DNA of 33,145 nucleotides from a virus (lineage: Duplodnaviria; Caudoviricetes): positions 1 through 33,145 of the IMG/VR virus record IMGVR_UViG_3300030372_004605, one strand, 5' to 3'. Below, piece by piece: positions 24,108-33,145 of the stretch. The translations under genes were made by a program, and so were the position numbers. The notes beneath the pieces were generated by a model. The model worked only from the letters and a program-made list of their open reading frames with translations, made no database searches and was not told the DNA's origin. The first letter of the stretch is position 1. Each line of letters opens with the position of its first letter.

Positions 24108-26360
24108 ATGGCTTCGGGACTAAGTGACATTTCAGATTTACCTCTTAAAACTTTAAACGAGAATGGGGGAGCACCTAAGACACGCATTAAAGATGTTAAA
24201 GCGGCAAACGAGATTTTTGAAAGTCTTCGTAAAGGTGATGAACTTTCTTCTATTAATCGTTCAAGGGTGCAAGCCATGTTCGATGGATCACCCCCTTATT
24301 CGGATAATGCCTTGCGCAATTCCGGTCAGGGTTTTCGCTGTAATTTAAATTTTGGGGAAGCGGAAAAGTTTTTAGAGGCGGCAATGTCCGCTTACGTAGA
24401 CCTTATTAATTCTGTTGAGACTTTAGTGCGTGTAGAGACTGTTTTCGGAGATCCAAAACAACGTATAGAGTGGAATAGAATTTTATCTGAAGAGTATTCT
24501 TTTCAGTTGAGGAAGTGGCCTAGGTTTAACTACGAGTATTTGAATTTATGTAATCATTTCGTCGGCCACGGCGTTGGTGTAAATTATTTTGAAGACGAGC
24601 GTTCTTGGCAGTGGAGGTCTTCTGGGCTGGGAGATATATTAATCCCTCGACAGACACAAGCTACTGAAGGAGCTATAGAAGTAGCCGCCGCACGTAGGTC
24701 CGTTCAAGTTAATGATTTATATCGTTACATCGAAGATCCCAAAATAGCTTCAGAGTTAGGCTGGAATGTAGAGGAGGTAAGAAAAGCTATAACAACCGTG
24801 TCTGAAACACATGACTCTCAATTTAGTAATTGGGAGGAAATACAGATGCAGATGAAAAACAATGATCTCTGGTCTACTGCCAAGTCAGCTAGAGTTAAGT
24901 TGGTTCACATGTGGGTCAAAGAGTTTAACGGCTCTGTTTCCCATTTTATAACTTTAGATAAAGGTAGTAATAAAGATTTTTTATACAAGCGTGTAGGTCG
25001 CTACGAAAATATAGACCAAGCATTTACTTTTTTCACTTATGGCATAGGAACTAATGGCACTTACCATAGTATTAGAGGTTTAGGCTTTAAGCTTTACCAC
25101 CACCTTCAGGTAAGTAATCGCATACGTTCCCAAGCCATTGATAACGCCATGCTCGCGGGATCCCCCATGGTCCAGCCAGAAGACGAAAGATCTCTAGAGA
25201 ATTTCGCTTTCAACTACTTCGGACCTTTTGCCATACTCCCACCAAACATGAAGTTTGTGGATAGAGCGGCACCCAATACTTCCCAAACCATGATGCCTGT
25301 TTTAAGCGACCTGTCCCAGATGGTACAGGAACGTGCAGGTCAATACTCAACGACGGGGATCTTCGGTAAAGGAGATCGCAGGACGCGGTTCGAAGTGGCC
25401 GCCCACCTTGAAGAAGCGGCGAAGTTGAATGTTACCGCCCTCAATCTGTTCTATAATCCATGGGACAGATTCCACCAAGAAGTGGCCCGTCGATTTTTCA
25501 GGTTGGACTATGCTTCCGGAGAATCGGGAGGAGATGCCGTTTTCGAGTTTAGGGAGAGGTGCTTTTCGCGTGGCGTCCCTATGGAGGCTTTAGCCGCACT
25601 AGACTTGAAGAAGACTAGAGCCGTACGAGCCGTAGGTAGTGGTAGCCAAGCTAAAAGGTCAGTTAGCCTTCAGCAACTTAATGAGTTAGCTGGAGCTTTT
25701 GATGAAGAAGGCAGACATAATTTGTTCCGTGACCAAGTCGCTTCTTTGGTAGGACACGATGCGGCTGACCGATATATTCCAGCGCGTCCCGACAGAAGAA
25801 TCCCAGTTGATGCTAAGGTAGCGCAACTTGAGACTCAACATTTGTTGGAGGGTAAAGAAATTCCGGTGTTTATAGATGAACTACATGTTATTCACCTAGA
25901 TATACACCTCCCAACTATAGAGGATATGTTCGCGGCTGTAGAGGAAGGCCAGATGTCTATAGAACAAGCCGCTATGAGTTCTATGAGCTTATTCCAACAT
26001 GCCGTAGCACACTTAGAAAACATTCAGCAGGATCCAACTATTGCTGACAAAGTTTCTCAGTTTAACCAACGTTTGCAGAGATTGTCCGAGTTAATTATTA
26101 ATGGTCAACGTAAATTAGCTAAACTCGAAAGAGAACAGCAAGAAGTTTCTGCCGCTGAAGGGGGTGAGGCAGGGGCCCCGGAAAATGAACAGCAAAATGC
26201 TACTGATCAGCAGGAAAAGTTGATAGAACATCGGTTAAAACTTCAGATGATGCAGGAAAAGCATGAAATGGAGATGATGTTAAAGTTACAAAAAGCTGAA
26301 CAAGATAGACAGATAGCGGACGCAAAGTCAGCATCCAACATAAAAAATCTTTTGGGGTAA
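24108..26360 (+). CDS. Portal protein
   Basis: 750 aa, directly after TerL. Helical with a long Gln/Glu-rich C-terminal coiled coil, as in P22-like portals. Called mainly from synteny and size. Confidence 0.8.
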   Translation: MASGLSDISDLPLKTLNENGGAPKTRIKDVKAANEIFESLRKGDELSSINRSRVQAMFDGSPPYSDNALRNSGQGFRCNLNFGEAEKFLEAAMSAYVDLINSVETLVRVETVFGDPKQRIEWNRILSEEYSFQLRKWPRFNYEYLNLCNHFVGHGVGVNYFEDERSWQWRSSGLGDILIPRQTQATEGAIEVAAARRSVQVNDLYRYIEDPKIASELGWNVEEVRKAITTVSETHDSQFSNWEEIQMQMKNNDLWSTAKSARVKLVHMWVKEFNGSVSHFITLDKGSNKDFLYKRVGRYENIDQAFTFFTYGIGTNGTYHSIRGLGFKLYHHLQVSNRIRSQAIDNAMLAGSPMVQPEDERSLENFAFNYFGPFAILPPNMKFVDRAAPNTSQTMMPVLSDLSQMVQERAGQYSTTGIFGKGDRRTRFEVAAHLEEAAKLNVTALNLFYNPWDRFHQEVARRFFRLDYASGESGGDAVFEFRERCFSRGVPMEALAALDLKKTRAVRAVGSGSQAKRSVSLQQLNELAGAFDEEGRHNLFRDQVASLVGHDAADRYIPARPDRRIPVDAKVAQLETQHLLEGKEIPVFIDELHVIHLDIHLPTIEDMFAAVEEGQMSIEQAAMSSMSLFQHAVAHLENIQQDPTIADKVSQFNQRLQRLSELIINGQRKLAKLEREQQEVSAAEGGEAGAPENEQQNATDQQEKLIEHRLKLQMMQEKHEMEMMLKLQKAEQDRQIADAKSASNIKNLLG

Positions 26361-26411
26361 GTAGTATAAAGGGGGTTGAACATCTTCAGATCTGTATTAT
26401 GTGTGTAGATA

Positions 26412-26702
26412 ATGCAGGAAGAACTTGAAAATTGGAAGCGCGATGAGCATTCGCGTTACACATGGAATGAGTTTTTGAGTACTAATGAGTTTAAAGCGGG
26501 TTTAAGGGTTTTAGAAACTCAAGCAGTTCCCATAATAGTTATGGGCGAGCCTCAGGAGCAAACAGCTAAAAGACAATCTTTTCAGGCTGGTTTTCATACA
26601 GCACTTAGACTCCTTCAAAAGTTACCTTCCCTACACTATAAAAAAATTCAAGAACAACTACCCGAGTGGGATTATATACAACCAATAGATAATAATGAGT
26701 GA
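26412..26702 (+). CDS. Small head-module hypothetical protein
   Basis: 96 aa, between the portal and scaffold genes. Confidence 0.75.
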   Translation: MQEELENWKRDEHSRYTWNEFLSTNEFKAGLRVLETQAVPIIVMGEPQEQTAKRQSFQAGFHTALRLLQKLPSLHYKKIQEQLPEWDYIQPIDNNE

Positions 26703-27903
26703 AGAAGCTACCATAAGTGAAGAACCTAGTGTTGGAGAAAATACAACAGAATATTCTGGTGTAGAGGAAGCCGCTAGTTTTTTAGAGTCTACATCTAGTG
26801 GGGATTCTTCGGGTGAGGTTGATTTTTTAGCTAGTATAGGTTCTCAGTTGGATGAAGCAGTTTCCGCAGAAAGTGCTTCCCCCGAAGATTCTCCCGGAGA
26901 TTCCGTTGAGGAGACTGCGAAAACAGACTCGACGCCAGAATCAAACCCTGAGGAAACTTCTGAAAGTGGTTCTGACTCTTTAGTAGACGATTTTCCGGAT
27001 GCAGATGCCCTGAGCGACACTTTGAGCGAAAAAGCCACGGCTAAATGGGGGGAATTGCGAAGCGAGTTAGCTGAAGCTAGGGCAAAAGCCTCTGAATTGG
27101 AGTCTAAAGTGGGAGAATCTACAGATAAACCCTTAACTACAGAACTGGAACAACAGTTAACGGAGGCTAAATCAACTATAGAAGAATATGAAAAAGAGTT
27201 AGCAGTTTCTCGTGTCGAGCAGTCTAGGGAGTACAAAGATGCTGTAACAGCTCCACTTCAAGCTATTATGGACGCCGCAGAAGCTATTTCTCAACGCAAT
27301 GAGGTTGACGTAAACCAAGTTTATGATGCCCTTACTGAGGTGCATAATGTGGAGAGGCAAAACAGGGTTTTAGAGGAAATCACAAGTGAAATGACTGAAA
27401 GGGATAAAATGGCCCTTTATAGGATGGTGGATGATGCGGCCGTCATTTTCCAGAAAGACACACAGTTAAAAGAACACGCGGCAGAAGCCGCCGCTGAACT
27501 TGACCAGCGAAATTCTGAATGGGAGCAGGAGGCTCTTAAAAAACACGCTCTAGAGACTAGGGTCGCGGTTAATAAAGTTTTTGATAAGTTAGAGAATGTT
27601 ATCCCTGACTTAGAAGAAGCTGATTTAAGTGCATTGAGGAGCAAAGCTCTTGAAGATGATTATCTTACCTTGGGTGCAGAACATCAAGCATATGCACTTT
27701 CAGCAGGGTCTGTTTTACCTCCTTTAGTGAAAGCTATCCGTTCACGTGATGCTAAGATAAGCGAATTAGAGACTCAATTAGCTGGGTACCAAAAAGCCAC
27801 ACCCAAAGCCGCTGAATCCGGGGGAGGGGTTAACGTAGATGTTTCCAACAGATCTGACGATAGTGTAGGGTTTTTAGAGGCCATCAATAAAATAGTTAAA
27901 TAA
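26695..27903 (+). CDS. Capsid scaffolding protein (putative)
   Basis: Very acidic, disordered N-terminus plus coiled coils, immediately upstream of the capsid gene. Confidence 0.75.
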   Translation: MSEEATISEEPSVGENTTEYSGVEEAASFLESTSSGDSSGEVDFLASIGSQLDEAVSAESASPEDSPGDSVEETAKTDSTPESNPEETSESGSDSLVDDFPDADALSDTLSEKATAKWGELRSELAEARAKASELESKVGESTDKPLTTELEQQLTEAKSTIEEYEKELAVSRVEQSREYKDAVTAPLQAIMDAAEAISQRNEVDVNQVYDALTEVHNVERQNRVLEEITSEMTERDKMALYRMVDDAAVIFQKDTQLKEHAAEAAAELDQRNSEWEQEALKKHALETRVAVNKVFDKLENVIPDLEEADLSALRSKALEDDYLTLGAEHQAYALSAGSVLPPLVKAIRSRDAKISELETQLAGYQKATPKAAESGGGVNVDVSNRSDDSVGFLEAINKIVK

Positions 27904-27909
27904 TTTATT

Positions 27910-27937
27910 TTGCGACTCTAAAGTTGTGGGGTATACT
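27910..27937 (+). promoter_or_regulatory. sigma70-like promoter for the capsid gene
   Basis: TTGCGA-N16-TATACT. Confidence 0.55.
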
Positions 27938-28102
27938 TTTGGTGGAACCACAGATTCCGCAATTTCTGTATACATATTTTGAGCTAGGCTTTTAGCCACT
28001 CCTCGGCTCAGGGAGAGTTAATAGGACGCATAAACCTAAATAGGTTGATGTGTTCATCATTTATATAAATTAACCGCCCTGAGGAGGGCATTATTAAATA
28101 AA

Positions 28103-29431
28103 ATGGCCGCAAGTTCACAAAGCGCAAGTACTGGTCAGTTTGGAGGAACTGTTTCTCCTGCTTTATCAAATATTTTGGTAGAGGAAGCTGGCCGTATTTC
28201 TGGCGATATTTATCGCCGTACAATCGACACGTCCCCTTGGCTCAAGCTCGTAAAGCAATCAGCTTGGCCTAATGAAATGGGAGATACTCTCAGTGTCCTG
28301 ACTTACGACAGGGCTCTTGCAAAGAAAACAGGTTATTCACCTGCCGACACAACCGTTGGACAGAAGTGGGAATCCATCAAGAATACAGATGCTAATAAGT
28401 TTCAGATTCCAGATGCTACTCTAATAACTCCTGCAACAACCACTGAAACTTTCGGTCTTGCACACACCGCCATCGAATCAGCACCTATTTTGGTCAACGA
28501 TGTCCGGTTTGCATACAAGTTCCGCGATCAGTTGAGGGCTATCTATGATAACCTCGTTGATAACGTTTCATGGGCTTGGAAGGATCGTTACCGCGATCAG
28601 TATTATGATCTTTGTAAGCATAATATTGTTGCTGGTTTTGATGACGCCGCTAATGGAGTTTTGATTGAAGGTACCACTGCTGGATCTTTCATAACACGTG
28701 ACGCATCTCCCGACGCGGATTTCGACCCATCTAAGATTGGTATTATTTCCAACAACATTATGAATCAAACTTATATGCGTTTGATCCGTGATGGCGGCGG
28801 AATGAACCCAATGGGTAGATCCGACGGAAGACCAGTGTTTACTGCAATTATGAGTGCCGAAGCTTCTGAAAAGCTTCTTAAAGAAGATGGCACCCGCACT
28901 GATTACAGAGAAAGTGGTAAAGTAAGTGAGCTTCTTAAGCCTCTTGGTGTGGAACGTTCCCATAAAGGGTTCTACCATATTATAGATCCGTTTCCGAAGC
29001 GTTTCACATACACTGAGGATGCTGGAAGCCCAGTGGTACCAGCCAAATGGGTTGAAATTCAGCCTTACGTTGAAGACGGTTCTACTGGTAAGTTCATCAT
29101 TAACTCAGCTTATGAACAAGCTGTGTATGAAGACGTTGTTATCTTCCACCAAGATGTTATGGAGTCACTTGTTCCAACACCGCTTACATCTGCGGGATCC
29201 GGAACGACGTTTAATCCAAACACTTATCGTGGAGATTACAAGTTCTTGAACATCCTTGATAAGACCACTAACCCAGACGGGTCATGGGGTTACTTCAGAG
29301 GTATTCTAGCTAACGCCGCTAAGCCAATTAAGTCGCAGTTTGCTTATATCATTCGTGCTAAGAGGCCTTCATTCAGCAAGTTGCCTACTAACGCTGATAA
29401 TGATAGTGGAAGCATTACCGCTGAAGCTTAA
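28103..29431 (+). CDS. Major capsid protein (putative)
   Basis: 442 aa, after the scaffold gene, with its own promoter and a strong terminator. Confidence 0.8.
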   Translation: MAASSQSASTGQFGGTVSPALSNILVEEAGRISGDIYRRTIDTSPWLKLVKQSAWPNEMGDTLSVLTYDRALAKKTGYSPADTTVGQKWESIKNTDANKFQIPDATLITPATTTETFGLAHTAIESAPILVNDVRFAYKFRDQLRAIYDNLVDNVSWAWKDRYRDQYYDLCKHNIVAGFDDAANGVLIEGTTAGSFITRDASPDADFDPSKIGIISNNIMNQTYMRLIRDGGGMNPMGRSDGRPVFTAIMSAEASEKLLKEDGTRTDYRESGKVSELLKPLGVERSHKGFYHIIDPFPKRFTYTEDAGSPVVPAKWVEIQPYVEDGSTGKFIINSAYEQAVYEDVVIFHQDVMESLVPTPLTSAGSGTTFNPNTYRGDYKFLNILDKTTNPDGSWGYFRGILANAAKPIKSQFAYIIRAKRPSFSKLPTNADNDSGSITAEA

Positions 29432-29461
29432 TAAGTTAGTAGCTTAAACAAGCAAATTCAC

Positions 29462-29499
29462 ATATACCCGTGGCCTTTAGGGGTCACGGGTATATTTTT
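29462..29499 (+). terminator. Rho-independent terminator
   Basis: ATATACCCGTGGCC-loop-GGTCACGGGTATAT followed by a T-run. Confidence 0.85.
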
Positions 29500-29553
29500 G
29501 TAGTAACACCTTAAGTGTGTTAAGTTCTACTGATAAATATTGATGCAATTACT

Positions 29554-29961
29554 ATGGCAAACATTCAGTTAAAACGAGGCCAAAAAACCCAAGTAGACGT
29601 GGAGTATAAATTAGCGGGAGTGACTAATACTCCAAACTTAGGTACTAGTAGCTATGACGCTGAATTAGTTATTAAACGCAAAAGGGGTTCTGTTTACGAC
29701 GGACAAACCTTGGATATCCTAAGGTTTGGCGCCTCTTCACCCGCGGATTCGGCTAAAGACAGTCGAATTACTTTTGTCCACGGCCCTACCCAAAGCCCTG
29801 CAACAACAGACAACATTCAACTTTTATGGAGCACTGCACAATCCGCTTCCCTGCCCAATGAAGAGATAACCGTTGCAGGAGACTTAAAAATTTCAAGCGG
29901 AAGTGAAGTTATATATTCTATCCGTTTAGTGTTTGACATAATTCCAGAGATCATAGCCTAA
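29554..29961 (+). CDS. Virion structural protein (beta-rich, fibre-associated)
   Basis: 135 aa. 'I.LKRG.....V' start and 'W...QSA.LP.....GDLKI' resemble BppU-N-like small proteins that precede fibres. Confidence 0.6.
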   Translation: MANIQLKRGQKTQVDVEYKLAGVTNTPNLGTSSYDAELVIKRKRGSVYDGQTLDILRFGASSPADSAKDSRITFVHGPTQSPATTDNIQLLWSTAQSASLPNEEITVAGDLKISSGSEVIYSIRLVFDIIPEIIA

Positions 29962-30596
29962 TGCCACACGAAACAGTTACCGTTACACAATCTATCAATT
30001 CAGTAAGTATTACTGATGTTAACGCTGGAGTAGATTCTTTTGGGCAGTTAAGTGATACTGTTTTTACCTCTGTTGGAGATAATGAATTACTTCAGTACGA
30101 CACCGCTTCATCTAAGTGGATTAATCAGACCATAACAGAAGCAGGTATAGCCGCCTTGTCAGGGGCTACTTTTACAGGAGCTATAACTCACCAAGGTTTG
30201 GGGAGTTTAACTTCAGGCACCCAAATCGACCAAGTGTACAATTCAGTGGTAGCCATGCAGGTAACCACAAGTTACCAAGATACTAATATAACTCAATCGA
30301 GTGCTCTTCCGACGGGGACCTTTGCAATGCTTTTACATGTTAACGATGTTGCGGGAGGAGGTTCAGCAGAATCATATTATTCTGCTACTGTTTCAATTTA
30401 TGGTGGAACTACAAGTACCGACGACTTTGCTAGTGAAATACCCCTACACCGTTCCGGGGGATCAGATAATGGCAAACATATTTTTTTAAGGACACGATCC
30501 GAAGCCGATACGAACAATGTTCGGATTGAAATGAAAGCAAATTTCAACGCAACCCAATCCAGTAACTATACTTTCAAATTTAGACGTTTAATATAA
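29961..30596 (+). CDS. Fibre-type structural protein
   Basis: Thr/Ser/Gly-rich, with LSD..FTSV.DNELLQYD..SSKWIN and ALSGATFTGAI fibre motifs. Confidence 0.7.
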   Translation: MPHETVTVTQSINSVSITDVNAGVDSFGQLSDTVFTSVGDNELLQYDTASSKWINQTITEAGIAALSGATFTGAITHQGLGSLTSGTQIDQVYNSVVAMQVTTSYQDTNITQSSALPTGTFAMLLHVNDVAGGGSAESYYSATVSIYGGTTSTDDFASEIPLHRSGGSDNGKHIFLRTRSEADTNNVRIEMKANFNATQSSNYTFKFRRLI

Positions 30597-32638
30597 TGGC
30601 ATCAGAAGGACAATATTTTGGGGGCAATGTAGCCCTTTTAGGTAAACTGGGCGTAGGGACTCTTACCCCCACCGAAAAAATTGAGGTTGATGGTAATGTT
30701 AGTTTAACAGATAACTCTAAACTGTTATTGGGGGGCGGCGATGATCTACAGATCTACCACGATGGGACTAATTCTAAGCTTCTTAATACTGCTGGATATT
30801 TACGGGTTGGAACCAGTTCGGGCATTCTTTATTTAGATGGAAACAATACATATATAAGATCAGGAGATGGAGGTGAGTATCAAGCTAAGTTTATTGATAA
30901 TGGGCAAGTAGAACTCTTCTACAACAACGTAAAGAAATTCGAGACTACTGACACAGGAGCAACTATTACAGGAAAGTTAATAGTCAATGGAGATTTAGAC
31001 GTCTCAGGCACGACCACAACTTTTAATTCGACCGTGGTGACCGTGGATGATCCTGTCTTTACAGTAGGCGGTGATTCTGCGCCTGATGCATCTGATAACA
31101 AAGATCGAGGCATTGAGTTCAGATATTTTAGATCTGGCGAATCTGCAAAGGTTGGATTTTTTGGTTATGATAATTCAGAAAATGCTTTTACTTTCCTTAC
31201 AGACGCGACCAATAACAGTGAGGTTTTTAGTGGGACGTTAGGAAATTTAAAAACTAAAGATATTACATTAAGCGGTGGGACTTTACAGCTAGATAGTGCT
31301 TATGCAATACAATGGGGCAATGGTAATAATAGAATATTTGGATCTAGTGGTAACAATTATATACGCTTTGACACTAACGGCACTGAGGCGGCTAGGTTTG
31401 ACTCGTCTCAAAACTTTGTAATTGGAGCCACAACAGCATCAGCAAAATTAGACGTTCAATTAGAGGCAGGGGCGTGGAATGTTGGAAGCTCATTTTCAAA
31501 TAAAGCGGTCAGAATTTCGGGCGGTTCTGGTGGCTTAGGATTGGCTTATGATGACACAACTGGCGCAACCATTGCGGCAATACATCACGGCAATTCATGG
31601 AAAAAATTAAATTTTGGTGCGGTAGAATATCATTATGACATTAATGGCTCAGAGGTAATGCGCCTCAACAGCACAGGCTTAGGCATTGGAGTGTCGCCAA
31701 GTGCAAAGTTTGATTTATTACATTCTCAAACTCAATCAGGATCGACGGCAGTAGCTACAATTCTATCAAACGCTACGACAACCGCTACAAGCACTCAAAG
31801 TAGCGCAACGTACAAAATACAAAATTATCTTAACCTGACAGGCACAGGAGGTAGTTTTCAAAATTCAGTTCATCAACAAGTGATGACAACGGTTAGTTCT
31901 ACAGGAACAGCAACTAACTTTAAAAACCACGTAAGTAGAGTTCACACTTCAGGTAGTGGACAAATAAATAGCGTATCTGCTTATAATGTTCATACAGAAT
32001 TAGATGGAGATGGTACTATCAGTAAGTGGATGGGATATGCTATTGCAGATGGCACTTTATCCACATTTACAAATACAGGTCATACAATAACTAATACCTA
32101 TGGTTTATATATAGGGGATTTAACTTCTGGTACTCAAACTAATACCCCTTATGGAGTCTATCAGGCAAATACTGATATGATAAACTATTTTGGGGGCAAG
32201 GTTGGAATTGGAGGGGTTAATAGTCCAAGCGATTTTAATAGCTCAGCAAATAACCTTGTTATTGGCTCAGGCTCAGGCACTCAAGGCTTGACGATTTACG
32301 GCGGCTCTTCTGGTGGTTCTTACATCTATTTTTCTGATGGAACAACTGGATCAGATCCTTACGAGGGCTTTCTACAATACCGCCACACAGAAAGGGCTTT
32401 AAGATTTGGAGTTGCGGCAGGGCCAAGAATGACCCTAGACGCAAATGGTAGTTTAGGAATTGCTACGACAGCGCCAAGCTCAAACGCTGATTTGACTCTT
32501 GGCAATGGCGAACTTTGCATAGCTGAAACAACCACACCAACGGCAGACGCAAACTTTGGAAAGGTTTACTGTAAATCAGATAATAAACTTTATTTCCAAG
32601 ATGGCGCAGGAACAGAGCATGAAATTGCTTTTGCGTAA
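30596..32638 (+). CDS. Long tail/head fibre (receptor-binding) protein
   Basis: Repeated xGIGT..P..KL and GDDLQIYHDG..S fibre modules, Gly/Ser/Thr/Asn-rich, 680 aa. Confidence 0.85.
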   Translation: MASEGQYFGGNVALLGKLGVGTLTPTEKIEVDGNVSLTDNSKLLLGGGDDLQIYHDGTNSKLLNTAGYLRVGTSSGILYLDGNNTYIRSGDGGEYQAKFIDNGQVELFYNNVKKFETTDTGATITGKLIVNGDLDVSGTTTTFNSTVVTVDDPVFTVGGDSAPDASDNKDRGIEFRYFRSGESAKVGFFGYDNSENAFTFLTDATNNSEVFSGTLGNLKTKDITLSGGTLQLDSAYAIQWGNGNNRIFGSSGNNYIRFDTNGTEAARFDSSQNFVIGATTASAKLDVQLEAGAWNVGSSFSNKAVRISGGSGGLGLAYDDTTGATIAAIHHGNSWKKLNFGAVEYHYDINGSEVMRLNSTGLGIGVSPSAKFDLLHSQTQSGSTAVATILSNATTTATSTQSSATYKIQNYLNLTGTGGSFQNSVHQQVMTTVSSTGTATNFKNHVSRVHTSGSGQINSVSAYNVHTELDGDGTISKWMGYAIADGTLSTFTNTGHTITNTYGLYIGDLTSGTQTNTPYGVYQANTDMINYFGGKVGIGGVNSPSDFNSSANNLVIGSGSGTQGLTIYGGSSGGSYIYFSDGTTGSDPYEGFLQYRHTERALRFGVAAGPRMTLDANGSLGIATTAPSSNADLTLGNGELCIAETTTPTADANFGKVYCKSDNKLYFQDGAGTEHEIAFA

Positions 32639-32644
32639 CATTTT

Positions 32645-32818
32645 ATGAAAGACCAACCAAACACACTAACCGAACAGCAGTTTAGCCTTTTAATCCAACT
32701 TATTGATTTGGGTGTTAAAACGGCAGGATTGCAGTGCATTAACGCAGAAACAAATGGAGCAGTGCAAGCATTTGCTCAACTAAAACCAGAACAACCAGAG
32801 CCAGAGGTAGAGGAATAA
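32645..32818 (+). CDS. Small protein after the fibre gene (possible fibre chaperone); not in the ORF track
   Basis: My translation: MKDQPNTLTEQQFSLLIQLIDLGVKTAGLQ...EPEVEE (57 aa), starting 6 nt after the fibre stop. Confidence 0.7.
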   Translation: MKDQPNTLTEQQFSLLIQLIDLGVKTAGLQCINAETNGAVQAFAQLKPEQPEPEVEE

Positions 32819-32879
32819 AATGCCTAGAGCAACCTTTTTGCAACGCCCAGGGCGCCGCCGACAATACCCAGAATTTAAT

Positions 32880-33089
32880 ATGAAAACATTGATTAAGAAC
32901 TTAATAGAAAAGCATTTAGTAAAAGGCTGGGGCAAGCGTCAGCTAATTAAATTAGGCGCTGTTGTCATTCCTTACATTGGCATTAGCCAACATGATTGGG
33001 ACGGCGTTATAGCTACTTCTGTAGCTGGCGCCCTGGTATTAATAGAAATAATTTTTTCTAAAATGAACGCTAAAAGATTAACGAAATGA
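32880..33089 (+). CDS. Holin-like small membrane protein
   Basis: Likely start MKTLIK at 32880. Two hydrophobic stretches and a basic C-terminus. Confidence 0.55.
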   Translation: MKTLIKNLIEKHLVKGWGKRQLIKLGAVVIPYIGISQHDWDGVIATSVAGALVLIEIIFSKMNAKRLTK

Positions 33090-33145
33090 AAAAAATAAAA
33101 GTAATATTAGCAAGTGTATTTATAACTGTAGCGCCAAGCTGCACA
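33086..33145 (+). CDS. Lipoprotein (spanin-like?), truncated by the window edge
   Basis: ATGA overlap. MKKIKVILASVFITVAPSCT has a basic n-region, a hydrophobic h-region and a lipobox-like APS-C. Confidence 0.55.
   Translation, partial: MKKIKVILASVFITVAPSCT

Noticed and set aside
1-33145. tRNA genes, integrase/att sites, inteins, DGR or retron reverse transcriptase, alternative genetic code
   Set aside because: I saw no cloverleaf or T-loop consensus, no recombinase or RT motifs and no intein-sized insertions in TerL, PolA or the helicases. Genes tile densely under the standard code. This was assessed by eye only.

Overview
The window is a 33-kb piece of an uncultured tailed dsDNA bacteriophage genome, probably podovirus-like. 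It has four blocks. (1) 1-11300 is a leftward 'early/accessory' region of mostly small orphan genes. It contains a DUF3150-like / MoxR-type AAA+ ATPase / metallopeptidase-vWA module and one rightward terminase small-subunit-like gene. (2) About 11300-13400 is an ORF-poor control region. It holds an ~800-nt nested, long-range base-paired element (candidate large structured ncRNA and the top finding), three tandem GCTAGG-N5-CCTAGC hairpins, one small solitary gene, a GC-rich tract and a mirror-symmetric GGTGGAGATG-repeat region that looks like a replication origin. (3) 13500-22283 is a leftward replication module: primase-SF3 helicase, family A DNA polymerase, SSB-like protein, a fused SF2 helicase / Cas4-AddB-like nuclease, RuvC-like resolvase and a tandem RHH regulator. 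Structured RNA elements lie in its intergenic gaps. (4) 22345-33145 is a rightward morphogenesis module: TerL, portal, scaffold, major capsid, fibre-type proteins, a holin-like gene and a lipoprotein gene. Recurrent non-coding signals are (TGTTGGG)n heptamers abutting stop codons, a GTATTWAATAC palindrome at promoters and the putative origin, and back-to-back promoters sharing a -35 hexamer. I saw no integrase, tRNA, CRISPR array or reverse transcriptase. All protein calls come from motif reading by eye, and all RNA structures from manual pairing; no searches or folding programs were run.
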